Positions 47,501 through 61,158 of a DNA stretch of 64,000 nt are shown here, one piece after another (position 1 is the first letter of the stretch; the number at the start of each line of letters is the position of its first letter). Below the pieces are notes generated by a model that did not search any database, was not told where the DNA came from, and saw only the letters and a program-made list of their open reading frames with translations. The DNA is taken from assembly GCA_024704765.1 (NCBI GenBank), contig JAKMXF010000015.1, positions 34,529-98,528 of the forward strand. The letters run 5' to 3'. Made by a program: the position numbers and the translations under genes. The DNA is from Oopsacas minuta (Eukaryota; Animalia; Porifera).

Positions 47501-50500
47501 AGAATTTTGTGGTTTCTCTAAGTACGTTTTCATCCATACCAATGGCTTATTTAGTTGCTAAGATACAGCAGCCTTACATCCCATAACTAATGGTATATTT
47601 TATTAGGATTCAATTAACAGCATAGTCAGTGTAATAATTATTGATAGAAGAAGAGTGCAGGATAAGTTAAGGTTTGTAGCCATGGGAATGGACACATGTA
47701 TTACCAGAATGTATGACAATATAATATAATAAAGCTGCTACTTACTTTAGTTGGTAGCACTATTGTAGAGAGTAGCTGACCAGATGGCTTGAATAGCCTG
47801 ACTGCAGTATGATTGTGAGACTTTCTATATCCCCCTACTGCTAACAATTCAGTACTCTTGCTCCATGTAATATTGCCATCAGATAAACCGGTACGAATGA
47901 TAGTAGCATGTTGATCTCCACAAGATGACATTAATACCACCTTCCCGTTAGCTAGAAATAATGTCAGGTAGCTACCTTGTGGATTGGGGTGTGAGACTGT
48001 ACCCTCTGTAACACCAATTTCTTTGGACTGGCTGAGTACTGGTTTACCCTTTATCCATTCCAAACCTACAATTAGATATATCAAAATTTTAAAAGTACAC
48101 ATATTACGTAGTAATGTAATTATCTGATAATAATGCTAGAATCATTTAGCTTCTGATACAATACTATTCGATTTAGTATCATTAGTCAATTCTAATAGCA
48201 ATGAATTCATGGCAACTAAACGAGTTGAAATTTAGAGCACAATATGCAAGTTAGAATTATTGATAGAGCACAGTTGCTTTCAAATTAATTATATTTTAAT
48301 CGTCTGGAAATGTAAATTGCTGTTTTGTACAATTATACAAATCCAGACCAACTAACTTCATATTAATAATAACCACAAATAATAATAATCATGATCTGTT
48401 GAATAGTTAATTAGGTGGAATCATACGTCAAAATATTATCATTAATTTAATATAACGCTAATACCGAATAAAGAATCAATAAGATAAGCAATAAAAAACA
48501 GCTGTATCTCAGTGCATAAATATTTTCTAATCAAGCAGAGGTCAAGATTCCGCAAATCGACATATTGGTATACATATGGTTAACATGTAAGAACAAACCT
48601 TTAATGGCAATGCCAGGCAAAACTTCTGTAGTAGAAATCAACATCCCTCCGTTATTTACGTCTAGCTCAACAAGCTCCCCGATTGAACTACCTACGATCA
48701 CTCTGTCATCATCAGGACTCCAGCAAGCTGACACTGCCTTTACTTGTCCATCCCGGACTTGAGTATGTGTGACGTATGTACCAATATTCAACTGTCTAGC
48801 CCATAATCTCCGGCCACTAGCTGTACCGACAAGAATGAAGCCGTCTTCGTAAGCTATCAATACTTTCTGTCCATTGTGTGACCATCTGAAGCTAGCTATA
48901 GGAGTGGTTCTGTTGTTGACCAGTTCCATAGTAGCTCTACCATTCTGATTTCTCCATACGATAACTGTACCCGAGGAGTCACATGACGCAATCTTGTCAA
49001 GTTTGGGATTGTATTCTACAACTGTTACCTATAGAACAATAAATATATAATATACTAGTACATATGCTATATGGAAAACTGGAAGTTAAGGAAATCAGTA
49101 ATATATTTGCATTTGCGACTAATCTAAGTACGTATTTGAAGTCTATTTCACGAGATTATAATCATACAATGATAATCAGCTGTAAATAATTGTGGCGACA
49201 TAGTTATACAGGCTGCTATGTTGATAATAAGTGGAGATGAGATATACATCATGAAATAATAATTATACTACATCTGATAACCAGCTGAATATAAGCTCAT
49301 CAGTAACACCAGAAGATATATATTCACATTCCGTATTATATTAAAAAACCTATTTGTGTAAATCATAGCTGACATTGAAAATATTATACATTTTGCGAAT
49401 TAATTATGTAGAGGTAGACATGATGAGCGTGATCGAATCAATAAACTTAATATAATTATACACTAATCATATCGTTATCATTGGTATTGATATTGTAGCG
49501 CCACTTCAAAAACTACTGATTAGGTTACAATGTCTGTCTATCTATAACCTGAAGCTGACAAGACAATTAAATTTAACTAATCTGTACTAGTAAATTTATA
49601 TACAACTAATGACGTAATTTTAGAATATATACAAAAATGTTAAGGTAACAAATGCTACAAATAAATGACTGTTCCATCATTGTAAAAGTATTAAACGTGT
49701 ACTGTAGCGTGATATTAATGAATCAGTGAAATGCTCAAGAGTATTCACATATTAAATGAAAATTCATGAAGACGATAATAATATGTATTCATGCATTTAC
49801 ATGTATAATTTTCTAATTGAGTAAATGTCTTTTGAAGCGTGAATTCTTTATTTATAAGAATTCACTAGCAAGTGAACTATCACATGCAAATTATTGGTAT
49901 GTTCAATGCTTGATTCAATTCCATTCATTAAATAAATGCAAACGTGTAATTATAGGCAAAATAAATAAATTTGAGAGTCAATGGTATTGTACTTGTTTAA
50001 TAGGGTAACTTCGGGACCGGATAGATTACCCCAGATGACCTAGGTTAACTGGTGGCCCTATGAAGCGGAATCTACTGTATTAAAACCCATGCATAATCTG
50101 TTGATTTGAGTTTACAAAGCATTAGCTACATGCGCACATCAATTAACATAACATCATAGACACCTCAGGTTTAGGTTGTGATGAGAGATGATCAAAGTAT
50201 TCATTTATTAACTGAGCACACATATGCATTATCAAAGCAAGACAGATGCATAAATCAATTTATATTTAATGTAATTATTTACATTAAATCACTTCATACG
50301 GTTAATGTAATGCTTATTCTACAACTGGTAAAATATCAAAAGAAATGAGAAATATATCCAGTCTGTATTCTGGTTTCATACTATGCCAAATTATAACATG
50401 ATAGTTAGATGGTCTGGCATAATTACTATGCCGAGACAATTTAATAGTTCCGTTGTGTTTGAAGGAAATTATATTAATTGGATAAATTAGAATTGCAATT

Positions 50501-51294
50501 AATATCGTGAAAGTAATTACCACCAGACTTCTCAGACAAATTATAAATCTCCTGGAATAGTTATTAATTCCAAATTTGAACAAGATTGATGAGAAATATG
50601 AATGTAGTCTGGGATCAATCGTACTTGAGTTGCGCATTCAATGACTTTGAAATTTGTAACGGAATATCGAGTAGAAACAAACAAAAATTATAACTATGTA
50701 TTTTACTATATACGTACAATACCAAACAAATTTTAAAACTATGCTGCTTGCTAAAGCCCCGCCCCAAGAGCTCAGTTACTATGTTGGTGTTAGGACCCTC
50801 AAATAACCGATAAAAAACAATTTAATGTAATTTAGTATTCACAAGATTGTACAAATGATAAGACGTTTCTACTAATTATTTTGACTTATGTCATCTGTAA
50901 ACATTTGGTTACCGCAATAATATTATCGTTCTATACAAAATACCACAATATGATACACTAAATAATGGAATAAGAAAACGCTATGCAACTTGATGCATCC
51001 TAAGAAACAGTTTAGTGGAGCTGAATTATTCATTTAAAGAATAAAAGAATTAAAATAACTCACATTTCCAGCATGCTCTCTAAAGTTGAATGAGTGTTTG
51101 GGTCGTTTATCCTTTCCTTCCACACTAGTAGAATATTTATCAACAGTTGTTATAGTCACTCCAACTGCTTCACGTGTAGCGCTAGCAAGATATCCTTCCT
51201 GTTCAGCTTCAGAACTATCAGCAAGTTTCCATGAGAGAGAATTGATGTGACTCCCTGCATAAAATGGGGGCTCCTTCTCCAATCTTGCGTACAT
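44563..51294 (-). CDS. TULP4: Tubby-related protein 4 (WD40 + SOCS box + Tubby C-terminus), 6 exons, 738 aa
   Basis: Exons 51294-51064, 49028-48599, 48065-47746, 46910-46686, 45659-44754 and 44667-44563 join in frame (2217 nt). Motifs INSLSWK, VPSLQLLCQ (SOCS), RLYCTM, YTLYVEHLGGLVPILK, LDFGGRVTCKSAKNFQL, LQFGK. Confidence 0.92.
47262..47404. repeat. 13-bp minisatellite, 11 units, with 26-bp higher-order period
   Basis: Unit tatctaat(c/a)atag; C and A variants alternate strictly from unit 3 to unit 11; lies in a TULP4 intron. Confidence 0.95.
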
Positions 51295-53011
51295 AATTGT
51301 TATAGAGGTGATTTATCAAAATTAGAATCAAATATTACGAATGTAAATGAAAAATTATTTGAGTGTTTGATTTACTAAAAAAGTTCTAATGAGTTTGTAT
51401 TTATATGATTTATTGTCTATTGTGTATTGCAAGCATGAATCGCATCACTTAGTTGCTGCAGGCTTGAATTGGTATGTAGAATATTGCATACTTGAGCATC
51501 ACTATAGTAACCTAGGAGAACAAATTCTTTACCAAGGACATTGGTTGCTAATACACTACTGTAATGCAATATAATTGCGCTATTGTTTAGCGTGTTTAAT
51601 CGCAAATAGAAACATTACAAATTACAATGCGGTTGTCAAGCAGTTTCCACAATCAATAATTATTTATAGAAGCACTACATGTTATGTAATTGTTACGTAT
51701 AAACACATATTAACTAATTTCCTAAGCATGAGCTTAACCACATTGTAAAAATGGCTTGCTAAGTATATTTAATATGTAATAATTATGGATGCTATTTACT
51801 TATAGCGAAAGGAATGTATCGTTACATTCATTATTAATTATATATAGTTACGAATACACATTCCAATCTCACAGATTGTATCTGGGATTTTATCGACTAT
51901 CAAATGGTTACAAGCAGTACAGTTAACGGAAATTGAATTATTGAAATTTTTAAAATATCAGATTGAATAAAATTTATGGGCGGAAGCCCAACCTGACAGA
52001 GAACTCCAATACAAATTCATTTTGACTTTTGAGCCCTGCCCTGTTCTTAATAATTCATTCCCCTTGGTACATGGTTTGCTTAAGTTTCTAGAATGTTCGG
52101 CGCCCTGGAATGTACATACATACATATGTTAATGTATTCATCACCAAAATAGTCACTGACGGATTAACAACTTAAGAGACCCCTAGGCAAAATTACAATA
52201 TCTTTGGGGCCCTATCTACCTATACAGTAGAAACGGGATATTTTGACACATTTTTTGCACCAAAACTTATTTTATTTATCCCAAATCTTGTTAAAAATAT
52301 CTGATTTCTACTGCATCTAAAGCTGATTAAAATATCAAAAAGATACGCCATGTAAGTTATTTGTACATTTGATTACCAGTGCCAAAGCAACAAAATAACT
52401 CGATAGATAAAAGAGGGGTATAATTACGATTTCCAGCCCGGTGAGTAGTATCTCGGGCTGTCCGTCGGTACGGGCTTTTCGTCCATGGGTAAGATGCTGG
52501 GACGAACTATTAATCACCCATTGTTAACTTGGCTACATTTCTTAGTCCGGGATTTCTAGCTTAAACTGTATTCTCCTGGTTTTATACAAAGCAATGGTAA
52601 GGTAGCTAATAACATTTCCATAGATTCTTGTGTTTTTGTAATTATTTTTGTGTGTACAGTTCAACCTTTATAAGTGGGGTCTCTATATTATACCTCACTG
52701 CCATTGAGATTTACCTCTATAAGTGGGAAAATATACGGAATATTTCCAACTCATGTTTTGATTGGTTGTCATCTATTAATAGCATGTATTCATAAACACT
52801 CAAGTACCAATTGGACAGTATTTAGGCGCCGAAATTAGAATTTTGAACTTTTGACATTTGTCATACCTAGGTCAGATAATTTAGAAAGTAGCCCCCTATC
52901 CTTGCCCCCTCCCAAGGGTACTAATATTCACTAAAGGTACCAGCTATGATCCAAATTAATCAATAAATATATCTAATATTTAATTCAAAAATATTACAAT
53001 TCTAGCGGGTA

Positions 53012-54244
53012 TTAAGCAGAAAATATTTGTAAGCCAAAATTATTGTTATAAGAAACACAAATTAGTTTTGTGTTGTCGTGTATTGTAATGCCGGTAGGGT
53101 GGTCAAACATTCCAGCTTTCTGTCCTCTCTGTCCTATCTTGTGTAGGAGGTCTCCTTCTGGTGAGAATACGTTAATATTGTGAGTCCAGTGGCTGCTTAT
53201 GATAATGTTATTATGTCCATCTAGACAGAAGTATGCTACTCCAAATTGCATTCTTCTGGTAAGCAATGAGCGGGACTTCTCTCTGAGAGAGTAAACACAT
53301 GAATACATGGATCGTCAAAACAGCTCAACACAAACATTTCATTGGTTGTGAATTTAACATCATTGGGTTCAGTCATGGTTTGGAGTTCTAGCGTGTCTGT
53401 AAATACCAGATTAGTTGTTAGTATTTGTAGTCTGTTGTTGTTATAATCTGGTACATAAAGGTGTTTATTAGGAGAGATGGTGGGTTGTCTAGGATGATTG
53501 AACTCTTCACTACCAGATCCTTCCTTACCTACTCGCTTTATCATAGTTAGGTCTGGCAGCTTGAATAAGAAGATAGCGTAATGTTCTGTGTCTGTAACAT
53601 AAATGTTATCCTCATGGATTAGGATGCCATATGGGTGTTTCAGGTGTTGATTACCGAAATGGTTGAGGTAGTCTCTTGACTGAGAGAATATTTGTATACT
53701 ACTGTTGCCCATATCTGCCAATAAATGTGTCCAGATTCAGGTTCAATTGCGACACCTTTTGGCCCTTGAAACTCCCCAGGAGCTGATCCTGTTTTCCCAA
53801 CAGCAACAATGGGGTGTTGGAATTTAGCGTACTTAGGGATTACTGGTATATGAGGGATGGGATTGATTTCTTGTTGGCTGATCTCTCCTAGACGGTTAAT
53901 ACTCCTCTCGAGGTCTTGTGTATCACATAAGAACCTCAGTACATGAGGTGGAGTTCTGCTAGTTTTGTTTGCATTTCTGCCACAAATCTATCCGAAATGG
54001 AGTGGAGTTGATTGTGTGTCATTTTCCCTTCTACAAGAGCTCGGGTCTCTTCCAGTTGTTGCTTCATTTGTTGACACGCCACCTGATTAGCTCTTGTCTC
54101 TTCTTGTTTATTTCTTAAAGTGGTTAAGAGATGGATTCTTCTCTGATTGAGTAGGAATATCATCCTGTCAATTGATTGGTTGATTTCTTGTTCTAAGGGG
54201 TCTACAATTGGCACTAGGATTGGCTCAGGAAATTGTGTCGCCAT
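53012..54244 (-). pseudogene. Intronless coiled-coil + NHL-repeat protein, three frameshifts
   Basis: Coiled-coil, then GSAPGEFQGPKGVAIE, ADMGNSSIQIF, PYGILI, FNHPRQPTI and MFDHPTGITI repeats; frame breaks near 53955, 53722 and 53290. Confidence 0.85.
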
Positions 54245-54294
54245 TTTGAGAGTTGTAAAGTTTGAATTTGTTAGAATTTTTATAGTTTGTAATA

Positions 54295-54457
54295 TAAAAC
54301 TCCTGTAATATTAAGCTTAAGGGTCTATTATAATTGCTTTGATATAACCAATGGAATTTATGTTACATTTAGGGTTTGGAGCATATTTGTATAATTCACA
54401 CTTCGATATTAGCGGGTACTTTGATATATCCGTGTTTGATATAACAGGAGTTAACTG
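54295..54457. mobile_element. CAGTCAACTCC-family MITE, degenerate, ~50 bp upstream of the NHL ATG
   Basis: Right end gatataacaggagttaactg|TA; left end aactcctgtaatattaagcttaaggg. Confidence 0.6.
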
Positions 54458-55753
54458 TATTTGTGATTAATCATATTTTCACGCCTTTTACAAAGGAATA
54501 GTTCCGATATCTACATAATTATTCGTCAATAACTAACACAAACAATTTGATACTAAAAATAGATTTAATTACCTGGTTTAGAGCAGAAATGGCAGCATTT
54601 GATTGGCTACTCTGATTAATGACAGCTGTCATATTCAGTCCTAACTCGGCTACTGATTGGTTAATCCCATTTGAGACCAGATTGGAGAGAGGAAATTGTC
54701 CTATTTATCTCTGATTGATTCGAATGGATCAGCTGAGATAATTGTGAAGTGTCAAATACTGGCGTTGCTAGGTTAGGAACCTGTGGAATGTGTAACTGAG
54801 GTTCAGGTGCTATGATATGATCAATCACTGGTTTGGGTGGGGAAGGTAGAATAGAATCTATTTTAGGAACAGGATCCGATTGAGCAATAATAATATTTGA
54901 TGATTCGTGTGTTGATTCTCTCAAGGGTGATACAGCTATCGGTTGAATTGGCTAAAGAACTAAGACAAGATAGATTACTTGTTTGGAATTTTAATAACAC
55001 CTTGGGGAGTAGCAATACATATTCTTATAACCGGTATAAATATACAGGAATATGTGAGAACCGTAGTCCAGAAGATGGTGCTAATATCCGGTGGGTATAA
55101 GAAACAAGTATACCACTTTACATAGCCTAAACATATGAACTTTGATTTCGTAACAACTATTGTTTACCTCAATGTTTACTTGTTTGTTTACTTGCTCTGA
55201 AGCCGCCCAATTTAACAGTTTTAACTCTGTATCATCAACAACTTCTATATCATTATTAACATCTTCAGTTTGATTGGCGGGTTTAAGACGTCTTGATGGT
55301 ACAGGTGGTCTAGCACTACCATCAGGCGGTGACATAAATGGAGAAATAGGTTTATAGGTGTCAAGTGGTGGAATAGTGGCTGTATGAGATGGATTAATTG
55401 GCTGCTGTATGGGAGGTGGTGGTAAAATGGATTTAATAGTCTCAAATAATTTGAGGGTCTTTTTGTCAAGATTTTGATAAAATTTCATTCCTAAAGCAAA
55501 CAAATAGTGTTGGTTTATTTATTTGTTTATTTATTTGTTTGGTTGTTTACTAACCATCCTTAAGACTATCCTCTGTAGACCCCATCCTCTTCCAGGCTTC
55601 AACTAATCCTTTAAACATACTCTCTCTATCAGATCGAACAGTTAACAGTTCCTTTCTGAGTGCAGCTAAACTAGCATTTGTCTCTGTCATAGTCTATACA
55701 GCAACCTCGTAAATACAAACAAATATTTACATAAATCAGATGTGAAATACGTA

Positions 55754-55821
55754 CAGTAGAACCTGCATAAACCGACACAATTTCCTATCTCAACAAGTGT
55801 CGGTTTATGCAGGTTCCACTG
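55754..55821. mobile_element. 68-bp palindromic Tc1/pogo-type MITE, intronic
   Basis: 25-bp TIRs cagtagaacctgcataaaccgacac / gtgtcggtttatgcaggttccactg (1 mismatch), TA on both sides. Confidence 0.85.
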
Positions 55822-56510
55822 TATTCAATGACCAATCTGTCTAGTCAAACAAACAAACTTAGAGTATATTATCCTCTGCTTGACAATTCTGTCTAATCAC
55901 GTTTGCAGCATTTTATGCTTCTTCATTCCAACTTCAAATATTTGATCTCTATTACTGTCACTAGATATCAGGTGACTAGTGATGTCATCTGATTCTATGT
56001 CTCTTCTCAGCTGTTGTTCCAATGTAGAACTATAAATGGATATATTTACAATGATATGATTAGCAACGCCATCTCTATATGACAAGGACTGTGGCCGAGA
56101 CTAAAAACTGGCCAGTATCCGTTCTCTCTATGACTGCTACTGGTCAGATGGGTCAATTGGTTATGGATAAGATGGGCCATTACTAACCGTTGTGTCTGCA
56201 TTTCCTGTATTTTATCCATCAACATTTGTAATCTATTTACAGCTTTTCATCAAATGTTACCGTCATTAAATCTAGCTTTGGAAGACAACTTGTGAACTTT
56301 GTGTCTGTAGCAGTAACATTGATAGCTTAGGTTTCAGTTCTTTCATAACTTGATGAAGCTCCTGATTAGACTTGTCACCTAATGGAAATCATTTATTAGT
56401 TAATATAGTTACCCCTTCCTTCGGTGGTAGTAGCCAATTTTTGCTGATTACCTCTGAGAAATTGGGTTCCTATCCCTCAATTTAGTGGACAAAATGGCAA
56501 AGGAAGTTTA

Positions 56511-56674
56511 CAGTCAACTCTGGCTATATCTAATATAGATATACCTATATGACCGTTTATATCGAAGTGTCATATTGTACAAATATGGTCCCAAACATCA
56601 AAGTAACATATATTCCATCGGTTATAAGGTAATTATCACGGTCCCTTAAGCTTCGATATAACAGGAGTTGACTG
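56511..56674. mobile_element. CAGTCAACTC-family MITE, 164 bp, intronic
   Basis: TA|cagtcaactc ... gagttgactg|TA. Confidence 0.85.
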
Positions 56675-59600
56675 TACTTTAAGTCAGGTTTTGGCACGCT
56701 TGAGTTGGGTTTGAAGCCCAAAATGTACAAAAGGGAGTACAATTGGACGATTTAACGGTTGATAAAATAATCTAATAACCTTGAGTTAGATATTCATCAA
56801 TCTTATCAGCTTGATTCTGGAATTCTAGTTTCTTATCAGCTGATTCTGGAGAGTCTTTTGTCAAATACATACTTATCTCATCCAATTTTCTATGAATCTG
56901 ATTAGACATCTGAAGTACAGACTGTAATAATGCATCCATTCTCTCTACACGACCTTCTTCATTAGATATCTCTGTTCTAATTCTAGATACATCAGCTGGG
57001 ATAAGTATCTTATTGTCTGTATAGTTAAGCACCTGTTATGAGACGATTATGATTAAAGCAAAAACAATCCTGCTGGGGAAGAATACTGGAAACCCAATTC
57101 TGCCTTCATTTCCGGTTTAAACTACTTTGAGCGAGCAGGCCATAACTACAAGGAAGTGGTTCCTAAACTAGTACCAATGGACGTTGAAAAGAATTGGGAC
57201 CCTGTTCGAGATTAATCACCTCATCAATATTAATTTTAGATAAGAATTCCCCAAATTCTCTATCTTTATCTTGAATAGTCTCACAAACACTTCTCAATAG
57301 ATTAGCCTCTCCTCTGAATACATTGAATTAGATTCTAAGACAGACATAGGGATGAGTGTACTGAATATGTCTTCTCCTAGTACCAGATTTATCTGAGGTT
57401 GAGAACTCTATTGGTTTCACTAACAGGGCCCCCGTGCATTTCTTCTAGTTCTGCATATTGTGGTACCTATAGGTGTGAAAATTAATCATATAATCGTGGT
57501 TCATTTGTTTGTTATTAACACTAACCAACTGGTGATATACATGCTGATTGGATTGAACTGAAGACTGAGATTTTGCCTGAACTAATTCAGTCAAATATTT
57601 GACAGCATTCTTCACAACAGGTTGTAGCACCTAACCTTACTGGCAGCAAGAATGTTATCCATTGCCAGTTGTAGGTGCCCAATAGATTGTCCGTAATTGG
57701 ATTCTTCTGAAGAAAGGGATTGACAGTAGTTAGCAACACATTGGTAGATATGGAATTTAGTTTGTAAGAATTTCTGTCAGTTTTTGTTCTTTTCAGCAAC
57801 TTGAGAACCGATCTGAGAATAATCACATAAAACGAACTGTAAACTAACACATATTTATCTTATATGAAATTAATTAGCACGTTCCATTGAGCTTCGATAT
57901 GACGGGAGTCGACAGTACAAGCAAATAAACAAATAAACAAACAAACTTGAGAATCCAATAGATCAATAGCTTTCTGGTACAGAGCAGAAACCTCCCATGC
58001 TACTTTAGATACAAAACTAGGTCTCTTCCTCTCTAGCAAGCTCTTCTCTACCATACACTCTTGAGCCTGTGCTAGCATCAAATTCTTACAGAATGCTACT
58101 ACCTCTGAGCTCATGTCTACCTATAAGTAACAGTTTGAAATACAAATGAATGAGGTGAAGCACTATGTAGAACGTCCTCCAGGGTACCAACAGCCCTGTC
58201 CCAGATATATTACATCATATTAATACCCGAGTATGAGAAGTAGCGATTTGAGATGCAAGAGATGTCTGCAGCAAGTAGAAGGCTCCTGCAGAGCATTGGA
58301 AATGAGTACAAACTGATCTAAGTTCATCTAGAAGATCTGATCCTAATTTATAAGTAATTATTGTGTCATATTATCAGCTGATTAGCCAGCAATAAATACA
58401 ATCTGTGCAGACAGCTTAGCAACACTATAATTAGAGGCACTATGTGAATAGGATAGTAAAACACTTTACAATATATCAAGCAATTGGTCTAACCGCCACT
58501 TAACACCTTCCAATGCCCTTGTTCCATCATATTTGCACAAATTGTAAATTTAGATTTTTAGACCGCTACGTAATGTATTGGAAAATGAAATAAACGTCAT
58601 TCAAAATGAATTACGATTAAGGTTGAGTCACAGGTTAATCGGACCAATGCATGGTCCAATGTGACACTATTAAGTAGAGTCTCCCGAAGCAATCCAAAAA
58701 TTTTTAGAATACTTCAAAATCCGCTTATATTAGAGAAATAAATAAAAACATAAGAAGTTAAGCTATTTATAGTACCTGGAGCGTAGCGCGCCTAGATTGA
58801 AGAGTATCGCAGAACTCTCAGAGAAGAGTAAAATATTGGCTGATTCCTTCTCTGTAAAAGCATCTGACCAAATGAAAGTCACCTGTTTAAGGAAATAATA
58901 ATAAACAAGTAACGTGTTATAGTGGAATATTTCACACATTTCATGTCTAAACATTGTAAATACAGTGACTTAGCGTCCTAATTAGTGTCACAATCTAAGG
59001 GAGGTGTCCACCGGGGAGAAAGGTTAGGAACTGATATTCTAACAGATTCATTCAAATAGGTTTGCCGAGCCTGCACGCAGACTTACCAGACAGGAGTTGT
59101 ACACACACACCCTCCCTCAGGAATCCTGCATTCATGACAATAAATACACCCAAAATCACATCTCAATTTGGCTCAATCAATTGTAACACATAAATATCAA
59201 TAAAAGGTGTGAAAATATGATTAACCTGCATATTCGATCTTGTAGCTGCGAATCTAGTAGGTAGCAGACACAATTGTGCGTAGTACATCCTGATATCTGA
59301 GGTACCATTATTGTCCCTTGAGGGTCGAACAGCTGACTCCCTCAGGTGATTAAACTCCCTAACCTCCTGTCTAAAATTGGTGGGGTCTTCTCCAAATTCT
59401 GTCCGTATGAGCTCAGCCAATGGGCTCGTTAGGTCGATACTAACACCTTGTTTGGAGGGTATAATGAACATGGGTAGTCTCAATTAGTCCATGTATACGT
59501 GATCTATTTGAAGGTATTATACGTCTAGGTTAACCTCGAAATGTCAGATTTTGACAGTGTAAGACTTGTATAAGTCACATTATTTTCAAGTATTACATAA

Positions 59601-60443
59601 TTTGGTCAACTATGCTGAGATTCCTCATTAACAATTCGAGAACTACTGTTTGATGCAACTGAATATTTATATTTATCGCAGAAATCAGCCTAATAGAAGT
59701 TACGTCACAAAAAATTGTAGATTGAACGTATAAACGTAATATACATAATTCGTCTTCATTGAAAGACGAATTAAACAAGCTAGCTTTAAACTGTAATAAA
59801 CTGAAATATTATTAAATTAGGCAAGTGGAGTTTTATAAAATTTTCAATCGAAAATAAATGGAAATGAAGAAATAAGACAAATAATTAATCCTATTAAGAG
59901 ACTTTATTTGCAGCTTTTTAACATTAATAATCTTTCTATACCAATATTCGTATTTAGGGCCAGGCGCGTGTAATCCGGGGTGCGGCTATACGCGGCTAAT
60001 CAGAATAACTTTCTGAGGCCCCAGCGGATCCTAATTACCCGCACTTGACTGGCATGTGATAGATTATACTCTTATTGTTTAGTCCCCGGCACCCCCAGGA
60101 CAAAAATAGAAATATTCAATATGTTCAGTCTTGGATGAAAAAAGTATCACATGGCTGCAAACCATAAGTACAATTAATACAGACAAACCAGATGACCCGA
60201 TAGCTAATATACACCAATTGACGATAAAAACAAAACAACCAATCATCTAAACACTGAGTTATACATACGTATACTCAAATAATATCGTGTATGTATTTAA
60301 GGTTTTCCTGTAATAAGTGGACATTGCCCAGATTACCCAAGATTAAGTAGAGATGTTGTTTGGGATAAACGGACCCTTTTCGAATGTATAACTTTACTGC
60401 TTATGGAAGAGAGTCAAAAGATATCTTTTGCAATTGATTAGGG

Positions 60444-60709
60444 CAGAGGTGGGCAAAATTTTACCTGCGCGGGCCGCATTCTAATTCCAAATTTTTATGA
60501 GGGCAGTATTGACCTACGACTATGTTCCATGTTCTAATTTATTAGAGAAATTCTACTAGAAATTGTAAAATAAACAATAATCATACATAATAATTAACTA
60601 ATATTGTTAAATGAAATTTCCGAATGCGTAAGGAAGAGTAAGACAGTAATCAAATAATTAGAGTACTCAAATAACTTAAGCCAGGCGGCCCGGAGTTTGC
60701 CCACCCCTG
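60444..60709. mobile_element. hAT (Charlie/Buster-type) MITE, 266 bp
   Basis: TIRs cagaggtgggcaaa / tttgcccacccctg; flanks gattaggg / gattaatg (6/8, TA at positions 4-5). Confidence 0.75.
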
Positions 60710-60889
60710 GATTAATGGGTGGGCCCCTAAGCAGTGCCTAGTTTGCCTATTGGGTATCCGCCACTGAAACTAGTATCTGGACAATTAGGCAATCATCTGT
60801 GAGTTGGTATAAGCTTGTTTGGATATGTTGTGATAATGTCCTACAATATTAGGCTACTCCAATTAAATAATTCTTTCTAATACTGAGAG

Positions 60890-61158
60890 CAGTGCCGTCT
60901 TGCTATATGTGACTGGGGGTCCAGGCCCATAAATAGTATCCGAGCTCCCACATCATTACTCAAGAGACCAGAAAAATGTCAGTTTTCTGGACAAATTGAA
61001 AACCAAAAGTTATTTCTTGCGATGGGTTTAGCTCCTACACCTTACTGATTGTTTACAGCGTCCATAGTACTGAAGTTATCAATGACATCAGTCTAACTCG
61101 TGGCCCACCAGATTGAATTTGTGCCCCCCCCAGATTTCAAAGCCACATGACGCCACTG
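60890..61158. mobile_element. hAT-type MITE, 269 bp
   Basis: TIRs cagtgccgtc / gacgccactg; 8-bp flanks actgagag / actaagag (7/8). The right end resembles the element end at 30182. Confidence 0.75.

Larger units (their letters stand above)
54661..59492 (-). pseudogene. PTPN23/HD-PTP-like BRO1 + V domain + Pro-rich protein, no phosphatase domain seen, multiple lesions
   Basis: LRLPMF, FGEDP, CTHFQCSAGAF, MLAQAQECMVEKS, GALLVKP, GEDIFSTLIPM and YSEE motifs across at least 10 exons. TAA at 59486-59484, TGA at 57779-57777, about 5 frameshifts in exons at 57440-57250 and 56380-56190. Confidence 0.8.

Noticed and set aside
50314-50637. 107-aa ORF with a hydrophobic segment nested in TULP4 intron 1
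   Set aside because: Only a vague resemblance to a type II membrane protein N-terminus; hydrophobic ORFs arise easily in AT-rich DNA. Would need transcript evidence.
59070-59130. U1-like gacttaccag or an extra micro-exon
   Set aside because: No further U1 structure, and the flanking BRO1 exons already join in phase 0.
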